A stretch of DNA of 63,849 nucleotides, filler included, from Saprolegnia diclina VS20 (lineage: Eukaryota): the NCBI RefSeq assembly GCF_000281045.1. It is 8 parts of 3 records of this genome, joined end to end, with 100 filler letters (N's around TTAATTAATTAA, not from the genome) between each part and the next. Parts side by side here need not be neighbours in the genome. Positions count along the whole stretch, not along the records: positions 1 to 16,670 come from NW_008246099.1; positions 16,771 to 38,536 come from NW_008246099.1; 6 more parts are not named here. One strand, written 5' to 3'. The notes under the pieces were generated by a model. It worked only from the letters and a program-made list of their open reading frames with translations, had not been told where the DNA came from and searched no databases. Positions within the stretch are counted from its first letter, which is position 1. Each line of letters begins with the position of its first letter. Made by a program: the position numbers and the translations under genes. Shown here one piece after another: positions 13,401 through 27,525 of this stretch.

Positions 13401-13977
13401 AACACGTAATGGCCGTCGTGCCGCTTAGACTGTCGTCGATGCGCGATGTGTGCAACTAGAACTTGGTCAAGTGTCTTGCACGGTATTGTATGAAGTGTAC
13501 CTTGGCGTTGGTGTCGGTGAACGCGGCCGAGTAAATTTCTGCAAAGTTGCCGGGCGTGCCTTTGGCCATGAGCTTGAGCAAGCGTTCCGGGACCTCCTTC
13601 TTTGCAAAGATCGAGCAGAGGTCACCGGTCGCGCCATGGCCGTCAAAAATGCCAAAGAAGATCTTGCTCGGGTCGCCCGCGAAGCTCGGGATGATGGTAA
13701 AGCTATCTTGGTTGGGCTTGTCAATTGCTAGCTTAGAAGTGACACCTTGAGCATAAGAGTAGAGAGAAGTACCGTCGGGGTAGTAGCCGCGCTGAGACAC
13801 AAAGGCGTACTCGATCGAGAGGGACGGCGTGAGCTGAAGGCGTGTCGACTTTTCCGAGCACACGATGCGCGACCGGATCTCTTCGGGCGTGAGCGGCGAG
13901 TTGTCGTTGTTGGCTTGCTCTTGCGGGTTCCGGTCCGCGACCTTCGACCCAATACCGAGAGACGAGCCGCACCCCAT
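10407..13977 (-). CDS. PP2C phosphatase + two cyclic-nucleotide-binding domains + AGC-like kinase domain fusion, N-terminal MGCGSS acylation motif
   Basis: PP2C motifs NQDS, FGIFDGHG, SGTTA, ANVGDSRA, FTRSIGD, ASDGVFE and TDDIT. cNMP motifs FGELALMHNAPRSSS and FGERALLNDAPRAAN. Kinase motifs TLCGTAEYTAPE and DIWGLGILIYEM. Confidence 0.92.
13190..13229. repeat. Degenerate 10-mer tandem repeat (CACAAAATAT-like, about 4 copies) in an AT-rich intron
   Basis: cacaaaatat cacaaaatat cacgaaataa cacgaaaatt. Confidence 0.7.
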
Positions 13978-14195
13978 ACGCTCTTGATGCTCAGCGATGT
14001 GTAGCAGTTGTGCGTGGAGTTTCGCCGCAGTGCCATTGCTAGCTAAATATACTTGCCAAAACGGATATGTGACGTGGCAGCCGCAGAACGCAGCAAACGA
14101 TCGTCAGGCGCCACAAAGTGCGAAACTGTACATGCCGTCCGACGTCTGCAATGAATTCGCTAACTCTCTTACACGCTACTGTTGTCGCCCAGTGA

Positions 14196-14696
14196 TGTCT
14201 GTGCCTGCGACCTGAACTCGCAAGTTTTAAGTGTATTGTGGGGGCCGTTCTCCAACGAATCGTTGCGTCGTCGTCCCTGTCACCACGACGAATGGACGCG
14301 ATGTAAAGTGATGGAGCTGGCGGCCTTCAACGGCGACCTGACGTCGCTCGAGCTCTTGCACAAGAGCCGCCTTCGCGTCGGATCGGAGCGAGCCATCGTC
14401 TACGCGGCGTACCGCGGCCACATGCACGTGCTCGATTGGCTACATCAAAACCGACGCGATGGCTGTGGCGAAGATGCAATGGCTCTCGCTGCCACCGCCG
14501 GCCACTTGAACGTTGTGCGCTGGCTCCATGAGATCTACGGGCTATGGCGAACCCACGCCGCCTTGGCCACAGCGGCGTACAAAGGCCACCTCGCGATGGT
14601 CACGTACCTCTTGGGCGTACCGACGGACAGCTCGGGGCCCCAGGGCGACGCCAGGGTATGCTCGGATCGGCGCTGCAGCCTACAGTTGCCTCATCA
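14196..14696 (+). pseudogene. Internally deleted copy (3' part only) of the neighbouring ankyrin-repeat gene
   Basis: 14196-14636 is nearly identical to 16230-16670. It is preceded by a 62-nt block (14136-14197) identical to 14797-14858, which lies upstream of the full copy. Confidence 0.7.
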
Positions 14697-15141
14697 NNNN
14701 NNNNNNNNNNNNNNNNNNNNNNNNNNNNNNNNNNNNNNNNNNNNNNNNNNNNNNNNNNNNNNNNNNNNNNNNNNNNNNNNNNNNNNNNNNNNNNNNCGTC
14801 CGACGTCTGCAATGAATTCGCTAACTCTCTTACACGCTACTGTTGTCGCCCAGTGATGATACAAAAGATACAACAAACCGTCCGGTGGACTGGGCTTTAG
14901 CTCGCCACCCTAGTCCTCGTCATCCTATAAATCGCATGACTCGATGACTCCTCTCGCGTGATATTACTGTAGCTACGGAGACTAACAATGTTAGACTGTG
15001 TTGCAGGCTGATGCGAGCAAGATGGTGCATTTGCTCAAGCTGTTCTTGATGAAATCCTGCTCCAACGTCGGCAAACATTTCGATTGATCGAGCCGTACAT
15101 TACAGTTCATTAATGTACGTGCTCAATGTACGTACGATCCG

Positions 15142-16670
15142 ATGATTTACAGCTACCATCACTCTCAAAGAGCTGCTCTCTCAGGGATGTTGTCGGCCAA
15201 GCGACTTCGGTCCAACCAGGCGCTGGACGCGTGGGAGGCTACGTCTGTGCTCCGGTCGCCCGACCTCGTCGCAATCATCATCGCATATCAAGAGGGATTA
15301 CCCGGAGACATAGCCGTCGTCCAGCGCCTTGCCGACGCCGTCCAAATCACGAGGTGCTTCTCTCAGCGCCCACCAACCGCATACCTTGCCCACGTCCCCG
15401 CCCGGTTTGCGTCGCTGCCATACCTCCAGCGCTACCCACACTCGACGACCAAGCTGCCTCATCACGCGCTCTTTGTCTCGTCGGATGTCTACGACCGGGC
15501 CCTCGCGCATCATCTCTCCGTTGTCGAAGGTGACGTGGCGCTCGTCCAGCGCTGGCTGCGATGGGATGCCTCGCTGTGTACATCAGCGACGCTCGAGCTT
15601 GCTGCTGCTGCGTCTCAAGGTCCGATTCTGCGTCTTCTCTTCGAGCAGTTTCCAGCGCTGGCCACACCCAAGATGATGGACCTTGTCGCCATGTCGGGTG
15701 ACCTCCCACTGCTCTTGTGGCTTCACGAGGCGGGCGTGGCGTGCACCACTGCCGCGATGGACGGCGCGGCCATGAATGGTCATTACGACATCGTCATCTT
15801 CTTGCACTCTGCAAGGACCGAGGGCTGCACGATCGCGGCGGCAACGGCAGCAGCCGTCAATGGTCATGCGTCGATCGTTCGGTTTCTTCTTGAGCAGCGC
15901 ACCGAAGGCGTTGACCCGACGCTTCAGTTTTCACGACCACATGGCAAGCACAAGACGTGCAGTGTCAATGGTACGACGCCACTCGAAGCTGTCAACCTCG
16001 TCGCTGCGACCACCGAGTTGTCGGACACGGGGTTCACCGCCATCGTGGACAAGGGCAGTCTAGTTACACTGCAGTACGTCTATTCGCGTGGATACCTCAA
16101 ACGAATGACCAACCAAGTGCTGGAATTGGCAGTCGCCAAGCAAGACCACGAAATGCTGCGCTACATCCTCGACTGCGTCGACCAAGAGAACCCGCTACGA
16201 CCCAGCGATGAGGAGTGGCTGCCGCCAGTTGTCTGTGCCTGCGACCTGCACTCGCAAGTTTCAAGTGTATTGTTGGGGCCGTTCTCCAACGAATCGTTGC
16301 GTCGTCGTCCCTGTCAACATGACGAATGGACGCGATGCAAAGTGATGGAGCTGGCAGCCTTCAACGGCGACCTGGTGTCGCTCGAGCTCTTGCACAAGAG
16401 CCGCCTTCGCGTCGGTTCGGAGCGCGCCATCGTCTACGCCGCCTACCGCGGTCACATGCACGTGCTCGACTGGCTCCATCAAAACCGACACGATGGCTGT
16501 GGCGAAGACGCAATGGCTCTCGCTGCCACCGCCGGCCACTGGAACGTTGTGCGCTGGCTCCATGAGATCTACGGTCTATGGCGAACCCACGCCGCCTTGG
16601 CCACAGCGGCGTACAAAGGCCACCTCGCGATGGTGACGTACCTCTTGGGCGTACCGACGGACAGCTCGGG
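15142..16670 (+). CDS. Oomycete-type ankyrin-repeat protein, 3' end in gap
   Basis: Repeated AMDxAAxNGHxxVVxWLH units, e.g. AMDGAAMNGHYDIVIFLH and AMALAATAGHWNVVRWLH. Confidence 0.88.
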
Positions 16671-16770
16671 NNNNNNNNNNNNNNNNNNNNNNNNNNNNNN
16701 NNNNNNNNNNNNNNTTAATTAATTAANNNNNNNNNNNNNNNNNNNNNNNNNNNNNNNNNNNNNNNNNNNN
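16671..16770. other. Assembly spacer N44-TTAATTAATTAA-N44 (also 38537-38636, 43069-43168, 44792-44891, 57884-57983, 59685-59784, 61598-61697); plain 100-N gaps at 14697-14796 and 40787-40886
   Basis: An identical 12-mer with stops in all six frames is centred in each N run. Confidence 0.95.
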
Positions 16771-16927
16771 AAGTATCCATCGGACTATCTATACTCTATC
16801 CTCCGATCGATCCATCGATCCATCGAGCTCGCATGACGCAGCGTGTGACGTGGTAATATTACGTGTGTAAAAAAACGCGTTTTTTTTCAGTCGCGTCCGG
16901 ATACCGGCAGTATTTCTCTCTACCACG

Positions 16928-17572
16928 ATGGCGTCCGCGATGGCGACGAAGCGGCTCCGGAAGGAGTACCTCGCGCTGCGCAAGAGCCCGGAGGTGAACG
17001 TCGAGGCCGTCCCGCTGGAGCGCAACATCCTCGAGTGGCACTACGTGCTCCGGGGCATCGGCGTCTACGAGGGCGGCTACTACCACGGCAAGCTCGTCTT
17101 CCCGCCCGAGTACCCGATGAAGCCGCCGTCCGTGTACATGCTCACGCCCAACGGCCGCTTCCAGACCAACAAACGCCTCTGCCTGAGCATGTCGGACTAC
17201 CACCCCGAGACGTGGAACCCCATGTGGTCCGTGAGCAGCATCCTCGCCGGTCTCTACTCGTTCATGAACGAGACGACGCCGACGCTCGGCAGCATCACGA
17301 CCACGGACGCCCAAAAACGCAAATTTGCGCTCGCGTCTCTTGAAGAAAACGTCAAGAACCCGACGTTCGCCCTCTGCTTCCCCGACCTCGTCGCTGCCCA
17401 AGAGGCCATCGCTTCCCAGCAACAGATCGCCTCCGGCGTCCTCACGATCCCGTCCGCCACCGCCGACGCCAAGCAGCGCCTCCCTGGCCTCTACGCAGAC
17501 CTCCGGTATTGGATCGCCGCCGGCGTTGCGCTCTTTGCTGTCGTCCTCGGCGCCCTCATCGTGCAGCTGTAA
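16928..17572 (+). CDS. UBC6: ER tail-anchored ubiquitin-conjugating enzyme, Ubc6/UBE2J2 type
   Basis: ATKRLRKEY, NILEWHY, FPPEYPMKPPS, TPNGRF, RLCLSMSDYHPETWNP (catalytic Cys) and a C-terminal TM helix. Confidence 0.95.
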   Translation: MASAMATKRLRKEYLALRKSPEVNVEAVPLERNILEWHYVLRGIGVYEGGYYHGKLVFPPEYPMKPPSVYMLTPNGRFQTNKRLCLSMSDYHPETWNPMWSVSSILAGLYSFMNETTPTLGSITTTDAQKRKFALASLEENVKNPTFALCFPDLVAAQEAIASQQQIASGVLTIPSATADAKQRLPGLYADLRYWIAAGVALFAVVLGALIVQL

Positions 17573-17660
17573 GCGATGGAATTCATTGCATTTCTTCATG
17601 TACTCCGACTCTACATCTGTTGACGATGGCGCTTCCTCGCATCGCAGCTGACAGGAATCA

Positions 17661-20600
17661 TCAGTCCAGCATCTCGAGGCCTGCAAGCCAAGCGTCGAGA
17701 ACGATCTGCGATCGTTTGGCCTGCGCGACAAACGCCAGCGTCCGGCGCGTCGTCGTATCGTCGGCGCGGCCGACCCCATCGTCTTTGCATAGCGTCACGG
17801 CGTTGTACGCGTCTTGCACGTGGAGAAGATGCTGCGTGCTGCTGCAAAGCGCGTACCGCTCTCGCTGCTTAAGGAGCTGGAGGAGCGTGGCGCCAGCGAC
17901 TGCGACGCCGTCGTCGACGTCGTTGGTGTAGTGCAGGAGGAACTCGAGGGCGCCCCACGCATGGCAATACCCGCCTACGTGGTCACTCTACATACATACT
18001 CTTCGCACGCGCTTCGCACCGCTCGTCGGCGGTCCCCACGACGTCAGAAAGCCGCATCGTCCAAGCGCCGAGGTCATGCCCTCGAGCAGATACGGGAGCA
18101 ACGCAGTGCTGCGGCCCATCACGGCCTAGTTACCAAGTGATGCTTCCGCAAAAGACGAGAGGAGTACCGTGGTTTCGTCGAGGAGCGAGAGGAGCGCGAG
18201 GGTGTTGCCGAGCTCTCGAAAGCACTGAAAGAGGTGGCCCTTGAGGTCGGCGTCCTGCAGGACCGACTGGAACTTGCCCTCAAAGTACATGAGGCAGCCT
18301 TCAGCGAACGTCACGCGCCACGCCGCAACCATCAAGCTACGGACCTTCGGTCTTGTAGAGAAACTTGGGCAGAGAGCAAGGAGGCACGGCGGCCACGAGG
18401 GCGTGCACGCAGAGCGGGAGGACGTCCTGGATCTAATCAAGTTCTTAGCATATGGCGCTGCGACGTTGACATGGCGGTTGCCTTGGCGTCGACATCGCGC
18501 ATGGCGTCTTGGGCCACGCGGCAGAGGTCGGCGACGCCGATGAACCGCACGAGGGTCGCGAGGTGTGCGCGCCTAGCGCATTGCTCCGTTGATCATTTGT
18601 TGACACTCTGGCGAGGCGCACCCGATGTAGCCGGTGGCAGAGGCGTGGAACGCAGCACCGAGAGCGTCGTAGCCGTAGCGCGGCAGGACGTTTTCAAACA
18701 GCTCTTTGCGCGCGAACGCTAGCACACGCGTGTCCAGCACCTTATCGCGAGCCTCAGATTCAGTGTCGACATAGCACAAAATCCCTCCGATTTGTGGCGG
18801 AAAGGACAGACGTACCTCGTGGAGCATAGCATCGAACGGATCCAGAGGGAGCAGCGTGCACAGACGAGCGTGGGCGTGCTGCAGCGCATCGATGGTTGTC
18901 GCAAACGCCACGAGGTGCATGAGGTCAGCGCCTTCGAGGCGAGCGACCGCCGACTCCATTTCGCGCAGCAACGCCGCCTGGACGTGGTCGCCAATGAGCG
19001 CATTTACGTCCAACGAGCGTCCGAGGAGCTACATGTCATGATGAGTTGTCATTGCGTTTTGATAGGACCGTACCGAGAGCCGGCGCTCGGTCGCGATACG
19101 CGCCAAGGCCGTGGGCTGCTTCTCGCCACATCGCCGCGCACTGGCATATGTCGTTGCGCCAAGCAGAAAGACGAGCTGGTCAAAGCTCAGCGTCGTCTCG
19201 GCCTCGACCTCGTCGTAGAGGTGCTGCTGCCGCAGCTCGCGCAGGGCAATGTCAGCAGCGTCGTTGTAGACGTCGAGGAGCCAGCCGAGGCGCCGGCCAC
19301 CGTGCTCGGTTAGGTCGTGCTCGAGAAGAATCCTACGTCCGTCGATCGACGTCCTGTCGGTAAACACAGGAGTCGTACCACGGCATGGAGAGCTCGGTCG
19401 GGAATTGAACGCACTTGGTTAAATCGAGGTAAAACTCACGGTACCAGAGGTCGCCGACGCTGCTCAGTCGCGCCACGGTCGCTTCGAGCGTGCACAAATG
19501 CGTAAAGAAGAACGACTCGGAGTAAAACGCCTTTAACGCCGCCACGTCGGCGTCCAGGTGGCTCGACCAGCTCCACGACGCACTGCTTCTAAGGCCACCG
19601 CGCTTGTCGTAGAGCGCTTGCGTCAGCGTCCGCGCGCGCAGAAGCTGCCCGTGCGTCGGGGCCACCGCTCTGGCGCGAAGGTCGCTCAGGACACGGTCGG
19701 CACGGCCCCGCTTGTAGTCGTCCGGATCCACTTTGGTAAAGTCGCCGACGAGCACGCGCAGCTCGTGGAGGAGCTTGGTGGCCGCTTGTTTCTTCTTCTT
19801 ATCGGCGCGGTGCAGCGTCGGAAGCAGCGTGTGCTGTGCGAACGTTTGAAGCCGGGAGTAGACAACGGCGTGCACGGCCGCACCGTGCAACGCATGCGCC
19901 TGGCGCAGCGCATGTCCGAGCGACTTGAGACTCACAATGAGCTCGATGAGCCCGTCGCGCTCGGACGGCAAGTAGTTGAACTTGGTCACGCGCTCGTAGG
20001 CCGATGAGGCGCTGCTTTGGTTGTCCGTTGCGGCCGCCGGGTGCTCGAGCTTCCACGCGACGCCTTGCTCGAGCGTACTCTTCCACCCGACCAAGAGCTG
20101 GAGACCTTCGAGGACGACGTCGTAGATTCCATCCGACGGACTCTAGCGCTTGCCAGTTGCGCACAAATTAGACTGAGACGATTGTTTGTACCGTCAGCAA
20201 GGCGAGCGCGAGGCGGGGGAGGTACCCATCGAGCTCCTTCTTGGCACGCTGCCGCCATGGCGCTAACGCGTACGCCTCGGGCGTTGCCTCGGAAGTCGGC
20301 AAGAGGAAGGCAAAGCTCGATGTCTGCAGCAACGTGGCCGGTCGCAACGTCATATCGGCGTACACGGGCAGCACGGGGTAGCGCCGAAGGAACTTGCCGA
20401 GCTAATTCTGCACGTCAAACCCACTTCTCGTACGCAGTTGATACCGCTTCGAGCTTGGCCTTGTTGCCCTTGAACGCATTGGCCTTGCCATGGCCGTCCT
20501 TGTCGAGTACGAGGAGAAAGTACGGGAGCACGCGGAGGTAGGCGAACTTGTCGTGGGCCAAATGCATCTTCTTCTCGAGGTGCACCAACACGTGCTTGAG

Positions 20601-21418
20601 AAGCAGGCAAATGACGTGCTCAAAGCTATGCATACGATACTTGTAGAGCAAAGATGCGCAACGTGTTGTACCGCTTGACGTTGTGAATGTTGTGGCGAAG
20701 GGCGTTGAAGATGTAGCCTTTGGGGTGGGATGCACTACCGAGGAACTCTTGTAGCGTCTGAAGCTCCGAAGCGATCGTGGGCGCGTCAGCTATGTCGTCC
20801 TTGATAGACTGGAACGCTCTATACGATCGGTGGCATCGATGTCGCTCGCCATTGGCGCCTACCGCTTGAAGACCGAAAAGTCATTGCGGAGACCCGACTT
20901 GATGTCGTAGAGCTGATTGAGCTGGAAGAGCACGTCGAGCACCGAGACGAACGCTGCGAGGAGCGTGTCGGGCACGACGCGTGTGCAGTTGTCTTGCGCG
21001 GTGAACTTTTGCATGTTGCTGCTCACAAGAATCGTTGTTTCGTGGCAGAAGGCGCAGAGCCGCTGCAACTTACGCATCTGCGGACGCAACACTACCAACA
21101 CCCATGAGCACGATGGTGCAAACGATGCCATACCATCGAAGATGGCGCGGTACGCTTTGGCGTCCGAGACGTTGGGCAAGGCGCGGGCGCAGCTGCGAAA
21201 GGCGTAGAGTTCGTGGAAGAGGCGCTGCCCGACGCCGACAGCATGCTCAAACTGGCCCACGAGATCCCGCTCGTCCTCGAACGTCGGCGCAATCTTAGCG
21301 AGGAAGCTCTCATCGGCGTCATGGCCGTCGACGCAGAGAGCGACTTCTTGGTTGCCGACCATGCTAGTCCGTCAAGCGTCGCGATCTTGTGGCAATCGAG
21401 AATGATTGTCCAATCCAT
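17661..21418 (-). CDS. CYFIP: CYFIP/SRA1/PIR121 family protein (WAVE complex), multi-exon
   Basis: Motifs LRNDFSVFKR, YERVTKFNY, DLWYREFYLDLTKCVQFPTELSMPW, LDVYNDAA..QHLYDEVEAE..FDQLVF and FRELGN. Confidence 0.88.
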
Positions 21419-21562
21419 GGAAACTACGTGGTGATTGGCCAGTGTGTTTGATTTGATATTCTTTTGTCCAATCGGATGCAAGGGCAATGTGGGACAGGAT
21501 CGCCCGCTCCTCCGTTGGTAGAGCGGTAGAGCAATGGACATCGACAACCAGTATACTAACAC

Positions 21563-22180
21563 TTAGCTGCGCTTGGGCTTGAGCGCCGTCTTCTTGGTAA
21601 AGAAGCGAGCGATGTCCTGGAAGAGGTCGGTCTCGGCGACGTCGCTCGTGGCGCAGTCGACGCCAAACTTGGCCTCGCGCAAGAACTTGTCGACAACGCC
21701 CTCGGTGGGCTTGAGGAAGGGCACGAGGTACCGACTGTAGAACATGCACGTGCGGCGCGTCGACGGAACGAAGAGGAGGCTCACGCCAATGAGCTTGAAC
21801 GAGTTGTAGTTGGGCACCGACGAGAAGAGCGGGTCCAAGACGAGACCTTCCACGATCTTGTAGCAGCCAAAGACGATCCAGTACATGAGCCAGAGGCGCG
21901 TCTCGGCCTTGCGCACAAGCGCTGGCTTCTGGAGCACGCGAAAGGACGCATAACCTGGATAGAGAAAGCCCATCGTGGTCGCGAGAAAGCCGGCGCCAAG
22001 GCCGCCCACGAGCACGAGGTACGCGGCGCCGATAAGGCTCAGGAAGACGTACGTCTTGTCGATGCCTAGCTGCTCTTCGGCCTCGTTGAGCGCGGCAATG
22101 TCCCACTCGTCGAGCGTCGCTCGCAGCTGGCGCAGGACGTCCATCTTGCGTGTTTCGTCGTCACCGAAATTTGCGGCCAT
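21563..22180 (-). CDS. HVA22/TB2/DP1 (REEP/Yop1) family membrane protein
   Basis: GFLYPGYASFR and WLMYWIVFG motifs. The start is ATG 22180 or ATG 22144. Confidence 0.88.
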   Translation of the reverse strand: MAANFGDDETRKMDVLRQLRATLDEWDIAALNEAEEQLGIDKTYVFLSLIGAAYLVLVGGLGAGFLATTMGFLYPGYASFRVLQKPALVRKAETRLWLMYWIVFGCYKIVEGLVLDPLFSSVPNYNSFKLIGVSLLFVPSTRRTCMFYSRYLVPFLKPTEGVVDKFLREAKFGVDCATSDVAETDLFQDIARFFTKKTALKPKRS

Positions 22181-22798
22181 CCGGATACACTTCCACAATC
22201 CAGCAGCTATTTGCACGCAACCGTGTCAAGTGATAGGATTCTGGCGCCACCATTGCTTTTGACTTGATGATTTAGACACGGATCAAGATGGCCACGCGTT
22301 TCCACCGTGCCGAGCGAACGACGTCGAGCGCTTCACAGACAAGCGCCGTCTTCTCGTAGTAAAAACATAGACTGTTCTCTGTATGACAAAGCAGCCCCTG
22401 TCTCTGTGCATCCTCCTTGCTTATGCCTGGCTGAACCTCCTGCATCGGCGGAAATGGTCGAAATCGCTCGTTCGACACCCGTTCTTCCATACCCTACCCC
22501 GGCCTGTCGCTTGCTCCGACCAAGAAGAACCAGGACCCCGTCGAACCACCGACTGCGTCGCCGCAGTCTCGAGACCCCTCTCTGCTCTGCGAGCAGCTCG
22601 AATACATCTATTTAGCCAAGTATGCATCCTGCAGCACGGGCTATCCAGTCGGGCAGTCGCTTCGGTGGACAAAACCATCAAGCCGGCAAAAATGGCGTGC
22701 GACTAGCCGTGCGGTGGGGTTCTAAAAATATTTCCACGTTTATCCGGATGAAAGAAGCAGCGCCTCAGTTTTCACTTTGAAATTTGCAGTCAACGACA

Positions 22799-23395
22799 AT
22801 GGACCAAGTGAACGCGCAGCTCGAGAAGGCCAAGGCCGAGCTCAACAAGTACCCGATCCTCGTCCAGCTCGAGGCGCAGACGGGCGTCGACAAGCTCTAC
22901 CTCACGGCCGCTTCCGTCGCGCTCCTCCTGCTCGTCGTGCTCGTCGGCTTCGGCGCCGGCCTCCTCTGCAACCTCGTGGGCTTTGTCTACCCGGCGTACG
23001 CGTCCTTCAAGGCCATCGAGTCGGAATCGAAGCAAGACGACGTGCAGTGGCTCACGTACTGGGTTGTCTACTGCTGTTTTGAGATTGTCGAGGTCTTTGT
23101 CGACTACCTCCTCTTCTGGGTGCCCTTTTACTACGCCTTCAAGCTCGGCTTCCTCGTCTGGCTCTTCCTCCCCTCGACGCAGGGCGCCACCTTCATCTTC
23201 ACCCACTTCCTCCAGCCCTTCCTCAAGTCGCACGAGGCCAACATTGACGCGGCCATTGACAACATCAAGTCCAACTCGGGCTCGGTCATCGCCGACATTA
23301 GCGGCGTCGTCAAGGATGCCACGAAGGACGCCACGGCTGCCATCGCCAAGAAGCTCGTCGATAAGCAGCTCGAAACGGAGGCCAAGCAGGAGTAA
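22799..23395 (+). CDS. HVA22/TB2/DP1 (Yop1/REEP5-like) ER-shaping protein
   Basis: LVGFVYPAYASFKAIES, DDVQWLTYWVVY, WVPFYYAFK and TQGA motifs. Confidence 0.93.
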   Translation: MDQVNAQLEKAKAELNKYPILVQLEAQTGVDKLYLTAASVALLLLVVLVGFGAGLLCNLVGFVYPAYASFKAIESESKQDDVQWLTYWVVYCCFEIVEVFVDYLLFWVPFYYAFKLGFLVWLFLPSTQGATFIFTHFLQPFLKSHEANIDAAIDNIKSNSGSVIADISGVVKDATKDATAAIAKKLVDKQLETEAKQE

Positions 23396-23623
23396 GCAAG
23401 CATCGCTTCCGATACGCTCTTTCATACACACATCTTTTTCGCTTGAGCATGAGCCCAAGTTAGTAGAATGGCACTTGGGCCACACGCTTGGCGGCGGCCT
23501 CTTCCTCTTTGCAGCGCGTCCTGAACTGCGACAATTGCAATCGCAGCTTGCGGATTGTCGCTTCCTTCTTGGCGAGGATCTAGCAACAGTACAAGGTTGA
23601 AGACCGAGCATGCGTCGAGGCGG

Positions 23624-26009
<2,386 letters not shown>

Positions 26010-26564
26010 GACGTCGCTGCGGTGGTTTCGCTCGGATCTTGTCGAAGATTGGATTCCAGTATCCGGATAGTGTCCGGGATGCGCTTCGAAATTCGGCTGC
26101 TTTCCGGAATCGAACCTTCTGGTGTATGTTTTGGACCCTCCCTGGTACCCAAGAAACAGTGCGAAGCAGTGTGTTTGGCCACCCCCGTCGGAATTCCTCA
26201 CCATTCCCAGTGGAAACCCAGCGGCAAACGACAGGGCCCCTGTGTAACACACACTGACCCCTCCTGATACGATACATAGTTCAAGTGGTTTTCGCCCTCC
26301 CTGGGCGGGCACCGATCCCCACGGTCGTCGGGCGGCGATGTGCTCTTGCCGTCAAGGGCAAGCAGCCAATGCGCGCCAAAGAGGAAGCCGGTTCGGTGCT
26401 GCCCTATCACAGTGCATGGGTGTGCAACCGGATCCTACCCCGGGGGCTGGGTCCCATAAATAAATCGAAGTTCGAAGCCAATAGCGCCAAGGCCATTGGC
26501 TGAAATGTTCCACGGGCCTTGAACCACAGAAATAGTGACTGCAACATCCTCTTTTCCCTTGACG

Positions 26565-27482
26565 ATGATGCTCCTCCGCGTGACCCGGCACCAGCTGCGC
26601 AAGATGGCCTCGATGCTGACGGCCGACTCGGCCGCCAACTCGGCCAAGATGGGCTTCGCCTTCGGCGCTTCCTTCATGGCCGCCGGCTTCTCGGGCGTTG
26701 CCTCGGCCGAGGGCGAGAAGCATGCCATCAGCCCCGGCGAGTGGCGGTCGTTGCGCGTGCTGAGCAACGAAAAGCTCACGCACAACACGCACAAGGTTCG
26801 CCTCGAGTTCCCGAGCGAGACGGACACGAGCGGCATGAAGGTTGCTTCGTTCGTCATGGCCAAGGCGTCGCTGAACGGCAAGAACGTCATCAAGCCGTAC
26901 ACGCCGACGTCGGCTCCGATGCAGGCGGGCTTCTTGGACCTCATCGTCAAGGGTTACCCGAACGGCTCCATGAGCAAGCACATTGTCGAGCTCCAGGCTG
27001 GTGACTCGCTGGACATCAAGGGCCCGCTCATGAAGTTCCCGTACGTCGCCAACTCGCGCAAGCACGTGGGCATGGTCGCCGGCGGCAGCGGCATCACGCC
27101 GATGCTCCAGGTCGCGCTCGAGATCCTCCGCAACCCCGAAGACCACACCAAGGTTACGCTCATCTTTGCCAACCAAACCGAGGACGACATCATCCTCCGC
27201 GACGAGTTGGCCACGTACGAGCGCATGTACCCGGGTCTCAAGGTCATCCACATCTTGAGCAAGCCGAGCGAGTCGTGGACGGGTCTCACGGGCCGCGTCG
27301 ACAAGGACCTTTTGGAGAAGCACTTGCCGGCGCCGGCCGCCGACAACTTGGTGCTTGTCTGCGGCCCGCCGGGCATGATGACCACGGTCTCGGGCGGCAA
27401 GGCCAAGGACTTCTCGCAGGGCCAGGTCGAGGGCATCCTCAAGGAACTCAACTATACTTCGGATATGGTGTTCAAGTTTTAA
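26565..27482 (+). CDS. NADH-cytochrome b5 reductase (FNR-like FAD/NAD-binding)
   Basis: KPYTPTS, KGYPNGSMS, MVAGGSGITPMLQ, LIFANQTEDDI and VCGPPGM. The N-terminal extension resembles a mitochondrial targeting peptide. Confidence 0.93.
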   Translation: MMLLRVTRHQLRKMASMLTADSAANSAKMGFAFGASFMAAGFSGVASAEGEKHAISPGEWRSLRVLSNEKLTHNTHKVRLEFPSETDTSGMKVASFVMAKASLNGKNVIKPYTPTSAPMQAGFLDLIVKGYPNGSMSKHIVELQAGDSLDIKGPLMKFPYVANSRKHVGMVAGGSGITPMLQVALEILRNPEDHTKVTLIFANQTEDDIILRDELATYERMYPGLKVIHILSKPSESWTGLTGRVDKDLLEKHLPAPAADNLVLVCGPPGMMTTVSGGKAKDFSQGQVEGILKELNYTSDMVFKF

Positions 27483-27525
27483 GACGCCACAAACTCTGTA
27501 ATTTGTCTCGATTTCGCCGTGCGAT

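Noticed and set aside
22272..22700. Small ORFs between the two HVA22 genes
   Set aside because: No recognisable domain or convincing splice model.
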